Below are positions 17,714 to 27,668 of a stretch of DNA of 64,000 nucleotides, piece by piece. A model generated the notes under the pieces. It was given only the letters and a program-made list of their open reading frames with translations, did no database searches and had not been told where the DNA came from. Source of the stretch: Minisyncoccota bacterium (GTDB lineage Bacteria > Patescibacteriota > Minisyncoccia > Phycocordibacterales > CAJQIN01); assembly GCA_905478465.1 (NCBI GenBank), contig CAJQIN010000009.1:2300-66299 (forward strand), in the 5' to 3' direction. Made by a program: the position numbers and the translations under genes. Numbering within the stretch: the first letter of the stretch is position 1; the number at the start of each line of letters is the position of its first letter.

Positions 17714-19151
17714 TATACCAAATAATATAGAAGATTTGTTGCAACAAGCAGGGTCATCCGTGCGACTTTCTGATACAGAAAAAAACACACAGCGCACACT
17801 TCTAATGACTCATATTGAACAGAAGAAAAAACAAAAGTGGTATACAGCTATTTTACATGCTCAGACCACTCGTTTTGTGGTAGCTCCTCTAACAATCTGT
17901 CTTTTGGTTGTAACAGGTGTCTCAGCTTCTTCACTTGATGCATATCCGGGAGACATTTTGTACGGTATAAAAACAAATATTGTAGAACCTGTTGTTGCCT
18001 TGGTTCAATTTTCAGACGAGGCAGAGGTTCTGTATGAAAAAAAATTAACAGAACGTCGTTTAGATGAAGTTTTGGTACTTGCTGCAAGAAATACTCTAAA
18101 TGATGTAGACAAAGAATCTTTAGTGAGTGAGGCGGAACGACATCTGACGATACTATCTAAAAGTACAGAAACATTGTCACCAGAATTTGCCGTGGAAATA
18201 CTTTCTGATACAGAGGCAACTCTTCGTGCATATGAAAAACTTTTCTCTCGTGTAGATGAGAAAGAGACTACTGACATTTTGTCCTCACACGTTGCCATTT
18301 TAAACAAAAAAAGATTAACAAATGAAATGCAGATTTCTGGAAGTTATGTAAAAAAAGAAGATGCTGAAAAGAAGTCTCAGGATATAAAAGAATTTCTTGC
18401 TTTGGTTCAAGGTGGTGTGGATCTGGAAGGGCAAATGCAAGGTGCTTTGGAAGCCCAGGCTCAATTACGTCTGGCAGAAGAGGCACTACATTCTGGGGAA
18501 GAAAACATTTCTGCTGGATCGTATACACAAGCCATGCTGTCTTTCAGTCGAGCATCTAGATTCATTCGTGAAGCTCAAGTTGTATTTAACACCGGTGTTT
18601 ATTTAGCTATACGTCCTCAGACAGTAGAACGGGCAACTACAGATTCTATAAGGGTAAATGATGAAGCACCTGTTGCAATAGCTATAGCTCCTATAAAAAA
18701 AGAATCCAGTGAACTTGTAAATGAAGCAACGATGCTCTCAAAACAAGTAACAGCTTCTTTTGCACAAGAAACAAGCATGGTCTCCGTTGAGGTAATTGAT
18801 TCAGAAGATGTATATGAAATATTTAAAACTTTAATTAAAAGTAATATCGGTAATTATGAAATTACCCCTGTTTCTGTTATGAAAACATTTCCTGGTGTAC
18901 GGCCAGAGGATTTTAACAATGTGAATACAGAACACGGTGTATATATCATGACGGAAATAGGGCTACTTCTTCAAGCAAATGGTTCTCTTGAAAATGACAA
19001 TACAGAAGAAATTAGCGAGGCAGGGGAAAGGCAACTTCTTCTAAACATTGCTTTGCGCTTAAAAGTCGAGTTTGTAACACGGACAGATGTTGAATATATA
19101 GTAGGTATCATGAAAATAAAAGAGTCGTCTATAGAGACATCGCTTGAATAA
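17703..19151 (+). CDS. putative anti-sigma factor / single-pass membrane protein
   Basis: Overlaps the sigma factor stop. N-terminal cytoplasmic segment, one TM helix, then a long extracytoplasmic helical domain. Confidence 0.4.
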   Translation: MKNNIPNNIEDLLQQAGSSVRLSDTEKNTQRTLLMTHIEQKKKQKWYTAILHAQTTRFVVAPLTICLLVVTGVSASSLDAYPGDILYGIKTNIVEPVVALVQFSDEAEVLYEKKLTERRLDEVLVLAARNTLNDVDKESLVSEAERHLTILSKSTETLSPEFAVEILSDTEATLRAYEKLFSRVDEKETTDILSSHVAILNKKRLTNEMQISGSYVKKEDAEKKSQDIKEFLALVQGGVDLEGQMQGALEAQAQLRLAEEALHSGEENISAGSYTQAMLSFSRASRFIREAQVVFNTGVYLAIRPQTVERATTDSIRVNDEAPVAIAIAPIKKESSELVNEATMLSKQVTASFAQETSMVSVEVIDSEDVYEIFKTLIKSNIGNYEITPVSVMKTFPGVRPEDFNNVNTEHGVYIMTEIGLLLQANGSLENDNTEEISEAGERQLLLNIALRLKVEFVTRTDVEYIVGIMKIKESSIETSLE

Positions 19152-19182
19152 GGAGGATAACTCGACTAGTATACAAACTATT

Positions 19183-20046
19183 ATGTTACTTGATGGAAAA
19201 AGGGTTCGAGAGGGTATAAGACAGGATCTAAAGAATGAGATATTAGAAATTGGAATCGAACCAACTTTGGTGATTATTCAGATAGGAGACAAAGAAGAAT
19301 CAAATGCCTATATTGCACAAAAAAAACAATTTGGCCTATCTATTGGAGCAAAAGTTTTGCATGAGAAATTTCCTGAAAACGTTTCTGAAGAAGAAGTTAT
19401 TTCTTGTATTGAAATGTATAACATTCAAGACAATATTCAGGGAATCATCGTTCAACTTCCACTTCCTGCATCTTTTAATATACAAAAAGTTATAGACACT
19501 ATTGATCCTTCGAAAGATGTCGATGGACTTACATCTGTAAATGTAAGAAGGCTTGCTAAGGGAGATACTTCCGGATTCATTCCTGCAACCGCTGCAGGAA
19601 TTTTCACCCTTCTTGAAGATTATAAAATAGAGGTTTCAGGAAAAAAAGTTGTGGTGGTTGGAAGATCAGCTCTTGTCGGAAAACCTGTGGCAGAGCTTGC
19701 TCGTGCAAAAGGAGCGCATGTTGTTGTGTGTCATTCAAAAACTGTAGATGTGCCAAAGGAAACAAAACAGGCAGATATTCTGATTGTGGCTATTGGTGTT
19801 CCTGAATTTTTTAACAAAAATTTCGTCTCAAAAGGACAGACGGTAGTTGATGTTGGTATTAATCTTCGTACAGGTATTCATTTCGATGAAGAGATCCCAG
19901 GAAAAAAATACGTAGGGGATGTTGATTTTGACGAGGTTGTAAATATTGTTTCAGACATTAGTCCTGTTCCTGGTGGGGTAGGACCAATGACGGTAGCATC
20001 TTTATTTGAAAACTTGGTGCAGTCTCTTAGAAAAAATGTGTCATAA
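19183..20046 (+). CDS. folD: bifunctional methylenetetrahydrofolate dehydrogenase / methenyl-THF cyclohydrolase
   Basis: 'MLLDGKRVREGIRQDL...' aligns with the FolD N-terminus. 'GRSALVGKP' is the NAD(P) fold. C-terminal 'PVPGGVGPMTVA'. Confidence 0.9.
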   Translation: MLLDGKRVREGIRQDLKNEILEIGIEPTLVIIQIGDKEESNAYIAQKKQFGLSIGAKVLHEKFPENVSEEEVISCIEMYNIQDNIQGIIVQLPLPASFNIQKVIDTIDPSKDVDGLTSVNVRRLAKGDTSGFIPATAAGIFTLLEDYKIEVSGKKVVVVGRSALVGKPVAELARAKGAHVVVCHSKTVDVPKETKQADILIVAIGVPEFFNKNFVSKGQTVVDVGINLRTGIHFDEEIPGKKYVGDVDFDEVVNIVSDISPVPGGVGPMTVASLFENLVQSLRKNVS

Positions 20047-20114
20047 TTAAGAAAGACAAACGTCTAGTATAGGAGTACGTATTATTATTAGTATTTTATT
20101 AAATATTTACATAT

Positions 20115-20918
20115 ATGTTTCAAGAATATTCAAAAGAGATAAGAAAGTTTTTTAAGGCAGGTATTTTACTTGCTTTCATGCTGACATTCTTTCTGGCCGT
20201 ATTATCTGTTGTGGCTCTGAAAGAGTATAAACACATCGGAGAAGGGGTGTATCCAGCAAAAACATTATCAATATCTGGTAGTGGAGAGGTATATGCTGTG
20301 CCTGATATTGCACAATTTACATTTACAGTAACAGAGACCGAAGACATCATGTCTGATGCACAAAAAAGTGTAACAGAAAAAATTGATGCAGCTATCAAGG
20401 TTCTGACAGATGCTGGTATCGAGGATAAGGATATAAAAACAACAAACTATAATGCATATCCAAAATACACATATCCCGAGACTATTTGTTATAACGGTAT
20501 TTGTCCTTCTAGAGAACGTGTCCTTTCTGGATACACAGTTTCTCAAGGTATTTCAGTAAAGATTCGAGAAGTCGAACAAGCAGGAGATATTCTAGGTGCT
20601 GTAACTGAAACAGGCGTTTCAAATGTTAGCGGACTTTCTTTTGTGATTGATGACGAAGATGCTCTTCGTACAGAGGCACGAGCTAAAGCTATCGCAGATG
20701 CTCATGACAAAATTGACGTTCTTGCAAAAGAACTTGGTGTAAAGATAAAAGGTGTGACAGGATTCTATGAATCTAATGGATACGATTATCCGCGTCCTGA
20801 ATATGCTTTAAGTGCAAAAGGAGGGGTGTATTCTGAAGACTCGGCTGTATCAGCAAGTATTCCAAGTGGAGAAAATCTGATAAAAATTCAAGTTGATGTA
20901 ATCTATGAGATAGAGTAG
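20115..20918 (+). CDS. SIMPL-domain (DUF541) periplasmic protein
   Basis: TM anchor plus '...LSISGSGEVYAVPDIAQFTFTVTE', typical of the SIMPL / 26-kDa periplasmic immunogenic protein family. Confidence 0.65.
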   Translation: MFQEYSKEIRKFFKAGILLAFMLTFFLAVLSVVALKEYKHIGEGVYPAKTLSISGSGEVYAVPDIAQFTFTVTETEDIMSDAQKSVTEKIDAAIKVLTDAGIEDKDIKTTNYNAYPKYTYPETICYNGICPSRERVLSGYTVSQGISVKIREVEQAGDILGAVTETGVSNVSGLSFVIDDEDALRTEARAKAIADAHDKIDVLAKELGVKIKGVTGFYESNGYDYPRPEYALSAKGGVYSEDSAVSASIPSGENLIKIQVDVIYEIE

Positions 20919-20942
20919 AGGTAAGGATCAGGGTTTGAGAAT

Positions 20943-20974
20943 AAAAACGACATGAGTAAAATCATGTCGTTTTT
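20943..20974 (+). terminator. rho-independent terminator
   Basis: 'aaaaacgacatgagtaaaatcatgtcgttttt'. Confidence 0.65.
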
Positions 20975-21092
20975 GGTATTAAACCCTCACAGGACTTGTG
21001 TTTTATGTTTCTTGACTCTTTTTAGGTATTGAGGTAATATTATCTCATCGACGCCGAAAGGGCGTTTTTTTATAACCAATCATAATATCATT

Positions 21093-21272
21093 ATGAAACT
21101 TATATCTTATTTAAAAGAAACTAGAAGCGAAATGAAGCATGTAAGCTGGCCAACACGCCCGCAGGCTATTGCTTTTACAGTCATCGTTATTGTCATCTCT
21201 CTTTTGACGGCTCTATATCTTGGTGTATTTGACTACATCTTTACCCAAATTGTCTCATTAATTCTTAACTAA
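21093..21272 (+). CDS. secE: preprotein translocase subunit SecE
   Basis: 59-aa ORF, below the ORF-track cutoff: '[34 protein letters not shown]...'. Conserved position directly upstream of nusG. Confidence 0.75.
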   Translation: MKLISYLKETRSEMKHVSWPTRPQAIAFTVIVIVISLLTALYLGVFDYIFTQIVSLILN

Positions 21273-21283
21273 TTTTTTACCAT

Positions 21284-21835
21284 ATGAGTACAGGAAAACA
21301 AAAAATTCAAGAGGGACGAAATTGGTATGCTATTCATACATATGCAGGATATGAAAATGCTGTGATGCGAAACCTTAAGCAACGAATTGAATCTCTTGGT
21401 ATGGAGGATCGTATTTTTGAAGTAGTTGTTCCTACCGAAACAAAGATCAAGGTAAAAGCAGGGAAACGGATAGAGGAAGAAGAAAAAATCTTCCCCGGAT
21501 ATATTCTTGTTGATATGATAGTGACCGATGACTCTTGGTATGTGGTACGAAATACTCCTCGAGTTACAGGGTTTGTTGGTTCAGGAGTATATCCTGTGCC
21601 AATTGCTCAGGCAGAAGTGGACAAATTATTTAGTCGAATGAATAGCGAGACTGCGAAGCATAAGATTGATTTTGAAGTAAATGATCTTGTAATAGTAATG
21701 GACGGTCCATTTAAGGAGCTTGAAGGAAAAATTAGTGAGGTAGATGAGAGTCGAGGAAAGATTAAGGTGATGGTTTCTATGTTCGGACGAGAAACTCCTG
21801 TAGAACTCGATTTCTTGCAAGTTAAGAAGGTTTAA
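21284..21835 (+). CDS. nusG: transcription termination/antitermination factor NusG
   Basis: '[14 protein letters not shown]' NGN domain, and a C-terminal KOW '[22 protein letters not shown]'. Confidence 0.92.
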   Translation: MSTGKQKIQEGRNWYAIHTYAGYENAVMRNLKQRIESLGMEDRIFEVVVPTETKIKVKAGKRIEEEEKIFPGYILVDMIVTDDSWYVVRNTPRVTGFVGSGVYPVPIAQAEVDKLFSRMNSETAKHKIDFEVNDLVIVMDGPFKELEGKISEVDESRGKIKVMVSMFGRETPVELDFLQVKKV

Positions 21836-21858
21836 GGTAATCTAACATTTATTCAACT

Positions 21859-22281
21859 ATGGCAAAACAAGTAGTAAAAAAAGTAAAAGTACAAGCAATG
21901 GGAGGCTCAGCTACACCAGCTCCTCCTCTTGGTCCCGCCTTGGGACAGGCAGGTGTGAACATTGGGGAATTTGTTACCCAGTTTAACGCTGCAACTCAAG
22001 ACAAGAAAGGTCAACTTATCCCTGCTGAAATTTCAGTATATGATGACCGAACATTTAGTTTTATCATTAAAACTCCACCAGCTTCAAATCTTATTCTAAA
22101 AGCTGCAAATATTCAGAAAGGTTCAGGAAAGAATAAGACAAGTAAGGTTGGTAGTATCACAAAGGCTCAGGCACAAGAAATCGCTGAGATTAAGATGCCA
22201 GACCTTAATGCTATGGATATCGAGGCTGCAACAAAAATTGTTGAGGGAACAGCTCGAAGTATGGGTATTGAAGTGAAGTAA
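21859..22281 (+). CDS. rplK: 50S ribosomal protein L11
   Basis: '[26 protein letters not shown]' is the L11 signature. Confidence 0.95.
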   Translation: MAKQVVKKVKVQAMGGSATPAPPLGPALGQAGVNIGEFVTQFNAATQDKKGQLIPAEISVYDDRTFSFIIKTPPASNLILKAANIQKGSGKNKTSKVGSITKAQAQEIAEIKMPDLNAMDIEAATKIVEGTARSMGIEVK

Positions 22282-22296
22282 TTTACTGTCTCTAGA

Positions 22297-22340
22297 CAAA
22301 AACAAAAAACCACTACAAAAGTAGTGGTTTTTTGTTTTTG
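22297..22340 (+). terminator. rho-independent terminator after rplK
   Basis: 'aaaaacaaaaaaccactacaaaagtagtggttttttgtttttg'. Confidence 0.7.
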
Positions 22341-22366
22341 TCCTATTTTTGAGATATAGTACTACA

Positions 22367-22921
22367 ATGATGATTGCAAAAAACTTTGAAAGTCTCCAAT
22401 ATATTATTCAGAAAGAGAGAGATTCTGGAAAAAAAATAGTTCTTACTCAGGGGTCTTTTGACCTTGTACATATTGGACATGCTCGTTATTTACAAAAAGC
22501 AAAAGAACACGGAGATTTTTTGATTGTTGGTATTGATAGTGATAAAAAAATTCAAGTTAGAAAAGGTCCAGATAGGCCTGTTGTACCCCAAGATGAACGA
22601 ATGGAGATGCTGACACATATAAAACACGTTGATCTCGTTGTTCTTAAGGATCTTGATATGCCAAAATGGGGTTTGATAAAAATTGTTAAGCCTGACGTAC
22701 TCATTGGTGTAGAGGGAACATATGATAAGGCGCAGGTTTCTCAATTAGAGAAATTATGTGGACAAGTTACTATTCTTGAACGACAAGCTACTACATCAAC
22801 AAGTGCGAAAATTCGGCATCTTCAAATTGGACTTGCTGATAAGCTTTCAGAAGCTCTAACTCCAAAGATTATTGAAACTATTGAAGTTGTATTTGCTGAT
22901 ATAAAAGAAAAAAATAAATGA
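22367..22921 (+). CDS. cytidylyltransferase-superfamily nucleotidyltransferase, HldE/RfaE domain II-like
   Basis: 'VLTQGSFDLVHIGHARYLQKAKEHGDFLIVGIDSD...RPVVPQDERMEML..VDLVV' matches the heptose-1-P adenylyltransferase / TagD pattern. The upstream TTG lies inside the terminator T-tract, so ATG 22367 is preferred. Confidence 0.65.
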   Translation: MMIAKNFESLQYIIQKERDSGKKIVLTQGSFDLVHIGHARYLQKAKEHGDFLIVGIDSDKKIQVRKGPDRPVVPQDERMEMLTHIKHVDLVVLKDLDMPKWGLIKIVKPDVLIGVEGTYDKAQVSQLEKLCGQVTILERQATTSTSAKIRHLQIGLADKLSEALTPKIIETIEVVFADIKEKNK

Positions 22922-23751
22922 GTAAAATAATTGTTGCATATATTCCAGTTATTCATGAGGGGTATAGAATGTTTTTCGAAAATCATCAGGAGGCTGATAT
23001 TTTGTATCTATTTGGTAAAGATTTCATTTCTGAACATTATTATCTTGAGAAAGACTTACGCGCACTTCCTCCGGAACTTATAAAAAAATCATTAGAGGGA
23101 TGGGGAATTTTTTCAAAGATAGAGATTCTTTCTAAGGAAAATATGCAGAATCTTTCAGGTGCAGACATTATCATGCCAGATGAAGATATCGGTCATGATT
23201 TTGCAGAAAAATATCTTTCGGAAAAAACTAGTGTTTCGTATGATCCAATGTTTCTTCGGTGGGAGAAAGTAAATTTACGACGAGAAAAAAAGGTGGGCGT
23301 TAAGAAAGTGATTACTGAGAATGAATTTATGAATATGGCTTTTAAGCAATCTGAAAAAAGTTCTGATTGGTGGCGACAAGTAGGTGCTGTACTTATTAAA
23401 GATGGAGAAATTGTTTTTAGTCGGAATAATAATCATGTGCCATCACCACAACAGCCGTATGTTGATGGAGATCCTAGAGGTTTGTCCAAGAAGGGGCAAG
23501 ACCTTGATTTGTACACGGCCATTCATGCTGAAGCAGGTATTATCGCAGAGGCCGCAAAGAAGGGAATGTCTCTTGAAGGAACAGAAATGTACGTAACTGA
23601 TTTCCCGTGCCCAACGTGCGCAAAACAAATTGCTTATGCAGGTATAAAAAGAGTCTATTTTACCAATGGATATTCCGTATTAGACGGTGAGAGAATTCTA
23701 AAAAACAATAATGTTGAAATAATTAAAATAGAAAAAAAGGCCACTGAATAA
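22918..23751 (+). CDS. dCMP deaminase (ComEB/CDA fold) with ~135-aa N-terminal domain of unknown function
   Basis: The C-terminal half has 'HAEAGII...PCPTCAKQIAYAGIKRVYF' (H.E / PC..C zinc motifs). The N-terminal 'IVAYIPVIHEGYRMFFE..' domain is unrecognised. ATGA overlap with the upstream gene. Confidence 0.75.
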   Translation: MSKIIVAYIPVIHEGYRMFFENHQEADILYLFGKDFISEHYYLEKDLRALPPELIKKSLEGWGIFSKIEILSKENMQNLSGADIIMPDEDIGHDFAEKYLSEKTSVSYDPMFLRWEKVNLRREKKVGVKKVITENEFMNMAFKQSEKSSDWWRQVGAVLIKDGEIVFSRNNNHVPSPQQPYVDGDPRGLSKKGQDLDLYTAIHAEAGIIAEAAKKGMSLEGTEMYVTDFPCPTCAKQIAYAGIKRVYFTNGYSVLDGERILKNNNVEIIKIEKKATE

Positions 23752-23795
23752 AATCAGGGCCTTTTGTTTTTTGTACTCTTTGTCTGGGATGTTAA

Positions 23796-24419
23796 TTAGA
23801 CAAAATAAGGTTCGACGAGAGCATACTCCTCGTTGGAAAGACAATTTTCCGCTAGTTTTTTGTCATCGAATGAATGTTCTCCAGTGACAAACTCACGTGC
23901 TTCTTCCAGCTGAAACATCTTTATCCAGCAGGCGACGACCAATTTTTTCTTGGCGATTTTGGCCGGATCTTTTGCAATGGTCAATTTTACTTCACCTGTA
24001 CCATCAGGAACATAGATGTTGCAATGGAGATGTCGCATACTTTGAGCATTTTTGGCTGGATTGCCAAAACGCATTAAGAGTGCTCCACCATCAATGTCCT
24101 GTTCTTCGGTAATGATATTTGCAATACCTGCAAGATCTGCCCAGTCTTCACCTGTCATATCCTTGATGTGTGTAATATGACGTTTTGGAGCAATAACAAA
24201 GTGCTTTTCGATAGATTTTGCCATGAATTGTGGAGGACATGTCCACGTGTGCCAAAGTTCAAGGTCAAAAATAACTTTGTTTTTATTGGGATCAAGCTGG
24301 CAGAAAGAACATTCATTTTTACGAATTTGTAGGATCATGTCGCGTGCGTAGTGGTAATTACGGGCATTTTGAAGTAGCGTGATGTCCTGACTATCGAGAC
24401 CTGGGATCGTTTGGTTCAT
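23796..24419 (-). CDS. HIT-superfamily GalT/Ap4A-phosphorylase-like protein
   Basis: 'CSFCQ' zinc knuckle and a 'RHLHCNIYV' HIT-like motif (third His replaced). 207 aa. Confidence 0.5.
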   Translation of the reverse strand: MNQTIPGLDSQDITLLQNARNYHYARDMILQIRKNECSFCQLDPNKNKVIFDLELWHTWTCPPQFMAKSIEKHFVIAPKRHITHIKDMTGEDWADLAGIANIITEEQDIDGGALLMRFGNPAKNAQSMRHLHCNIYVPDGTGEVKLTIAKDPAKIAKKKLVVACWIKMFQLEEAREFVTGEHSFDDKKLAENCLSNEEYALVEPYFV

Positions 24420-24502
24420 TTAAGAACTCCTCATAAAAGAGATGTGTGAAATGTTCATTAATTCTGAACGAAATATTACCTATTTTTTATAGAAAGTCAA
24501 TA

Positions 24503-24988
24503 CTATGACTTCTTGTAATTTTTTGGTTGCCCAAATTTAAAACGCCAAGCTTCTGTTTCTTCGAGGGAATCAAGATCAGGTTCAATCATATGGGCATGTA
24601 TATGAAGCACACTGCTACCGTAGTTACCGTGCTCTGGGTTTGATCCAAAACGAAGGGCAACACCTCCACCTGGAATATTTCTCTTTATAGATTCTTCTTG
24701 GAACATTTTCATGAGTTCTGCTCCTGCTTCAGGCGCCATATCTTTTATATGTTCTATGTGTGTTTTATAGATAGCAAGGAGTTGGTGCTTTATCTTTTTG
24801 TACGGCCACTGATTATCTGTAAGTACCCAATATTTTCCTTCTTTAAGAATTGGATTCTTGTGATATGTTTCTAGGTTCTCACGACAAAAAGGGCAGTGTC
24901 CTGCACTATTTATTTCTTCCATAACCTTTTTCTGGTCATCTCTTCGGACAGAAGACATTTGGATAAATTTATTATTTTTGTCGTTCAT
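24503..24988 (-). CDS. HIT-superfamily GalT/Ap4A-phosphorylase-like protein
   Basis: 'CPFCREN' plus a canonical 'VLHIHAHMI' H.H.H.. motif. Paralogue of the adjacent gene. Confidence 0.55.
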   Translation of the reverse strand: MNDKNNKFIQMSSVRRDDQKKVMEEINSAGHCPFCRENLETYHKNPILKEGKYWVLTDNQWPYKKIKHQLLAIYKTHIEHIKDMAPEAGAELMKMFQEESIKRNIPGGGVALRFGSNPEHGNYGSSVLHIHAHMIEPDLDSLEETEAWRFKFGQPKNYKKS

Positions 24989-25451
24989 ATATATAATATG
25001 TTATATCAAAATTATTTTTCGTATCTTTTAAGTGTTCTTCTGAAAAGACACACTTCCAGTCATTAGAACTATGTTCTGGAAAGAGGGTATCTCCTTCCAC
25101 TTTTGTATGCACGAGGGTTAAGTATATTTTGTCAGCAAGTGGCAAGAATTTTTTGTATATCTCTGCACCACCAATAATAAAGACCTCTTGGTTTTTTGCA
25201 ATGTCTTTAATCTCTTCTATGTCATGCACAATAGTACAGCCGTCGATCAAAATATTTTGTCGGGTAAGAATGATGTTCTCTCTTTTGGGAAGTGGTTTAC
25301 CGATAGATTCGAATGTTTTTCGTCCCATAACAATAGGGTGTCCCATTGTTATTTCTTTGAAATATTTAAAATCACGAGGAAGATGCCATGGAATACCTCC
25401 TTTGTTTCCAATAACGTTATTTTCAGAAACTGCAGCAATGATAGATATCAT
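24972..25451 (-). CDS. folA: dihydrofolate reductase
   Basis: 'MISIIAAVSENNVIGNKGGIPWHLPRDFKYFKEITMGHPIVMGRKTFESIG' is the classic DHFR N-terminus. Confidence 0.92.
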   Translation of the reverse strand: MISIIAAVSENNVIGNKGGIPWHLPRDFKYFKEITMGHPIVMGRKTFESIGKPLPKRENIILTRQNILIDGCTIVHDIEEIKDIAKNQEVFIIGGAEIYKKFLPLADKIYLTLVHTKVEGDTLFPEHSSNDWKCVFSEEHLKDTKNNFDITYYIYERQK

Positions 25452-25453
25452 AT

Positions 25454-26389
25454 CTAGATAGCTACTGGAATAGCTTTTATTCCTGGGTGTGGATTGTAGT
25501 CGGAAAGTTCAAAATCAGTATGACGGAAATCAAAAAAGTTTGTTTTGTCGGTATTCATTTTCATTGTGGCAAGAGTTTTAGATTCACGTTTTAACATCTC
25601 CTCTACGGCTGGAACTTGGTCAACATATATATGGGCATCTGAAAAACTATGAACAAATTCATATGGTTCTGTTCCCGTTGCATGTGCAATGGCAAGAGTG
25701 AGAGCTGCATACTGAACCATATTTGAAGGAACCCCTACCGGTATATCAGCAGAACGCTGGATCATATGAAGAGTTAGCTTGTTATCAATAACACGAATAT
25801 GAATCCATCCGTGACACGGACAGATCGTTACTTTTTGTTGTCGGTCCGTGGTCCGTGCTGTGTATTGTGGTACCCACGGAGTGATGAAATGTGTTCGTAG
25901 ATGAGGTTGTTCTTTTATTTGTTGAATGATTGTTTCAAATTGATTAAAAGATTCACCTTCTGTGGTGGGGAAGTCGTGGAAAGCGGCACCGTATGAACCG
26001 GGTCCGAGGTCTCCTGTTTCAAGTCCACGTTTTGTGCATTTTGCTTCTGTTGCCCATGGATCCCACCAGTTACAGTCAAAGGAACGAATTTCATCGAGAC
26101 GTCTTGCTCCATTTGCGAAAGCAAAAATTTCTCCAATAGCTTGTCTCCAGATAGTAACAGGAAGTCTTTCGGATTCTTTTGGTGCCATGTTTCGTTCATT
26201 GATAATAGGGAAACCATTATCAAGTTTGAAATGTAGGGACGGAGGAGCTATGTGTGTAATAGCATCAACCCCTTGCTGGCTATTGGTTACTCGACCATTT
26301 TCTAATATTGATTTTAGTAAATTTTTATACTGCTCGTCAGGAGTTCGATCACTGACAGGCTTCATATTGGCTGTATTTGTAAATGTCAT
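25454..26389 (-). CDS. thyA: thymidylate synthase family protein (divergent ThyA)
   Basis: Catalytic 'ICPCHGW' Cys motif and '..IQRSADIPVGVPSNMVQYAALT' (compare ThyA 'YQRS.D..LG.PFNIASYALLT'). Start chosen at the internal ATG 26389; the longest ORF reaches 26509. Confidence 0.7.
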   Translation of the reverse strand: MTFTNTANMKPVSDRTPDEQYKNLLKSILENGRVTNSQQGVDAITHIAPPSLHFKLDNGFPIINERNMAPKESERLPVTIWRQAIGEIFAFANGARRLDEIRSFDCNWWDPWATEAKCTKRGLETGDLGPGSYGAAFHDFPTTEGESFNQFETIIQQIKEQPHLRTHFITPWVPQYTARTTDRQQKVTICPCHGWIHIRVIDNKLTLHMIQRSADIPVGVPSNMVQYAALTLAIAHATGTEPYEFVHSFSDAHIYVDQVPAVEEMLKRESKTLATMKMNTDKTNFFDFRHTDFELSDYNPHPGIKAIPVAI

Positions 26390-26494
26390 AATGTGTACAT
26401 TATACACGTTTGGGGTTTTATGTACGAAGATGAATTTTGGGGTATAAGTCAATGGTGTATTGATGGTTTTTTTCTTGATACACTTACAAGTATT

Positions 26495-27667
26495 ATGAAA
26501 GACAAACACATAGCAAAGCTAATTGCACAAGAAAAAAAGCGACAAAACAGTGTTATTAACCTTATCCCATCAGACAACCATTCTTCAGAAGATGTTTTTG
26601 AAGCCCTTGGTTCATGTTTTTCAAATAAGTATTCAGAAGGATACCCTGGAAAACGCTATTATGGAGGACAAGAATTTACCGACAATCTAGAGCTACTCAC
26701 CCAAGAGCGAGCGTTGAAAGCTTTTAAGCTTTCACCCAAAAAATGGCAAGTGAATGTCCAGCCTCTATCTGGTTCTCCGGCAAATCTGGCTACATATATT
26801 GCACTGATGCCAAAGGGAGGAAAAATCATGGGTATGACTCTCAGAAGCGGGGGACATCTAACCCACGGACAGAAGGTGTCTGCCACAGGGATGTTTTTCA
26901 AACAAATTCCGTATGAGGTTGATCCGAAAACAGAACGACTAGACTATGACGCTCTATACAAACTAGCAAAGAAAGAAAAACCAAATGTCATCGTAGCAGG
27001 ATTTACCGCATATCCTCGAAAAATAAATTTCAAAAAATTCAGATTCATCGCTGATAGTTGTGGCGCATACCTCGTGGTAGACATGTCGCATATTGCCGGA
27101 CTCATTGCAGGTGGTGCACATCCATCTCCTTTTCTATATGCTGATGTGGTAACAACAACTACACACAAAACACTTCGTGGACCACGAGGGGCAATGATTT
27201 TTTCTCGGAAAGATGATCGAGACCTTGGTACAAAAATTGATAAAGCTATTTTCCCCGGACTTCAAGGTGGTCCACACATGAACAAGATCGCAGCACTTGC
27301 TGTGACTTTGAATGAGGCAATGACACCTGCTTTCAAAACATATGCAAAAAATGTTGTAGCGAATACAAAGAAACTTGCAGACGAACTAAAAAAGCGAGGA
27401 TGGCGAATTGTCTCTGGCGGAACGGATAATCATTTAATGCTTGTAGATGTCTGGATGGATGGAAAGGGAGTAACTGGAAAGGAGGCAGAGCAAAGACTTG
27501 AAAAGGTTGGGATTATTGTTAACAAAAATACTATTCCTGGGGACAAGCGTTCACCATTTAACCCTTCTGGAATTCGACTTGGAGCAGCAGAGGTAACAAC
27601 AAGAGGAATGAAAGAAAAAGATATGGTGAAGATTGCAGAGAGTATTGATAAAGCTCTTCGAGGATAA
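26495..27667 (+). CDS. glyA: serine hydroxymethyltransferase
   Basis: 'VTTTTHKTLRGPRGAMIF' PLP-lysine motif, and 'LIPSDNHSSEDV'. Confidence 0.92.
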   Translation: MKDKHIAKLIAQEKKRQNSVINLIPSDNHSSEDVFEALGSCFSNKYSEGYPGKRYYGGQEFTDNLELLTQERALKAFKLSPKKWQVNVQPLSGSPANLATYIALMPKGGKIMGMTLRSGGHLTHGQKVSATGMFFKQIPYEVDPKTERLDYDALYKLAKKEKPNVIVAGFTAYPRKINFKKFRFIADSCGAYLVVDMSHIAGLIAGGAHPSPFLYADVVTTTTHKTLRGPRGAMIFSRKDDRDLGTKIDKAIFPGLQGGPHMNKIAALAVTLNEAMTPAFKTYAKNVVANTKKLADELKKRGWRIVSGGTDNHLMLVDVWMDGKGVTGKEAEQRLEKVGIIVNKNTIPGDKRSPFNPSGIRLGAAEVTTRGMKEKDMVKIAESIDKALRG

Positions 27668-27668
27668 C

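Noticed and set aside
21049-21071. Small hairpin plus T-run 20 nt upstream of secE as a functional attenuator
   Set aside because: The stem is only ~5 bp and weak. It could be a leaky terminator of the upstream transcript. Evidence is insufficient for a regulatory call.
22349-22366. TTG start extending the nucleotidyltransferase ORF upstream
   Set aside because: The TTG lies inside the T-tract of the rplK terminator. ATG 22367 with normal spacing is the more plausible start.
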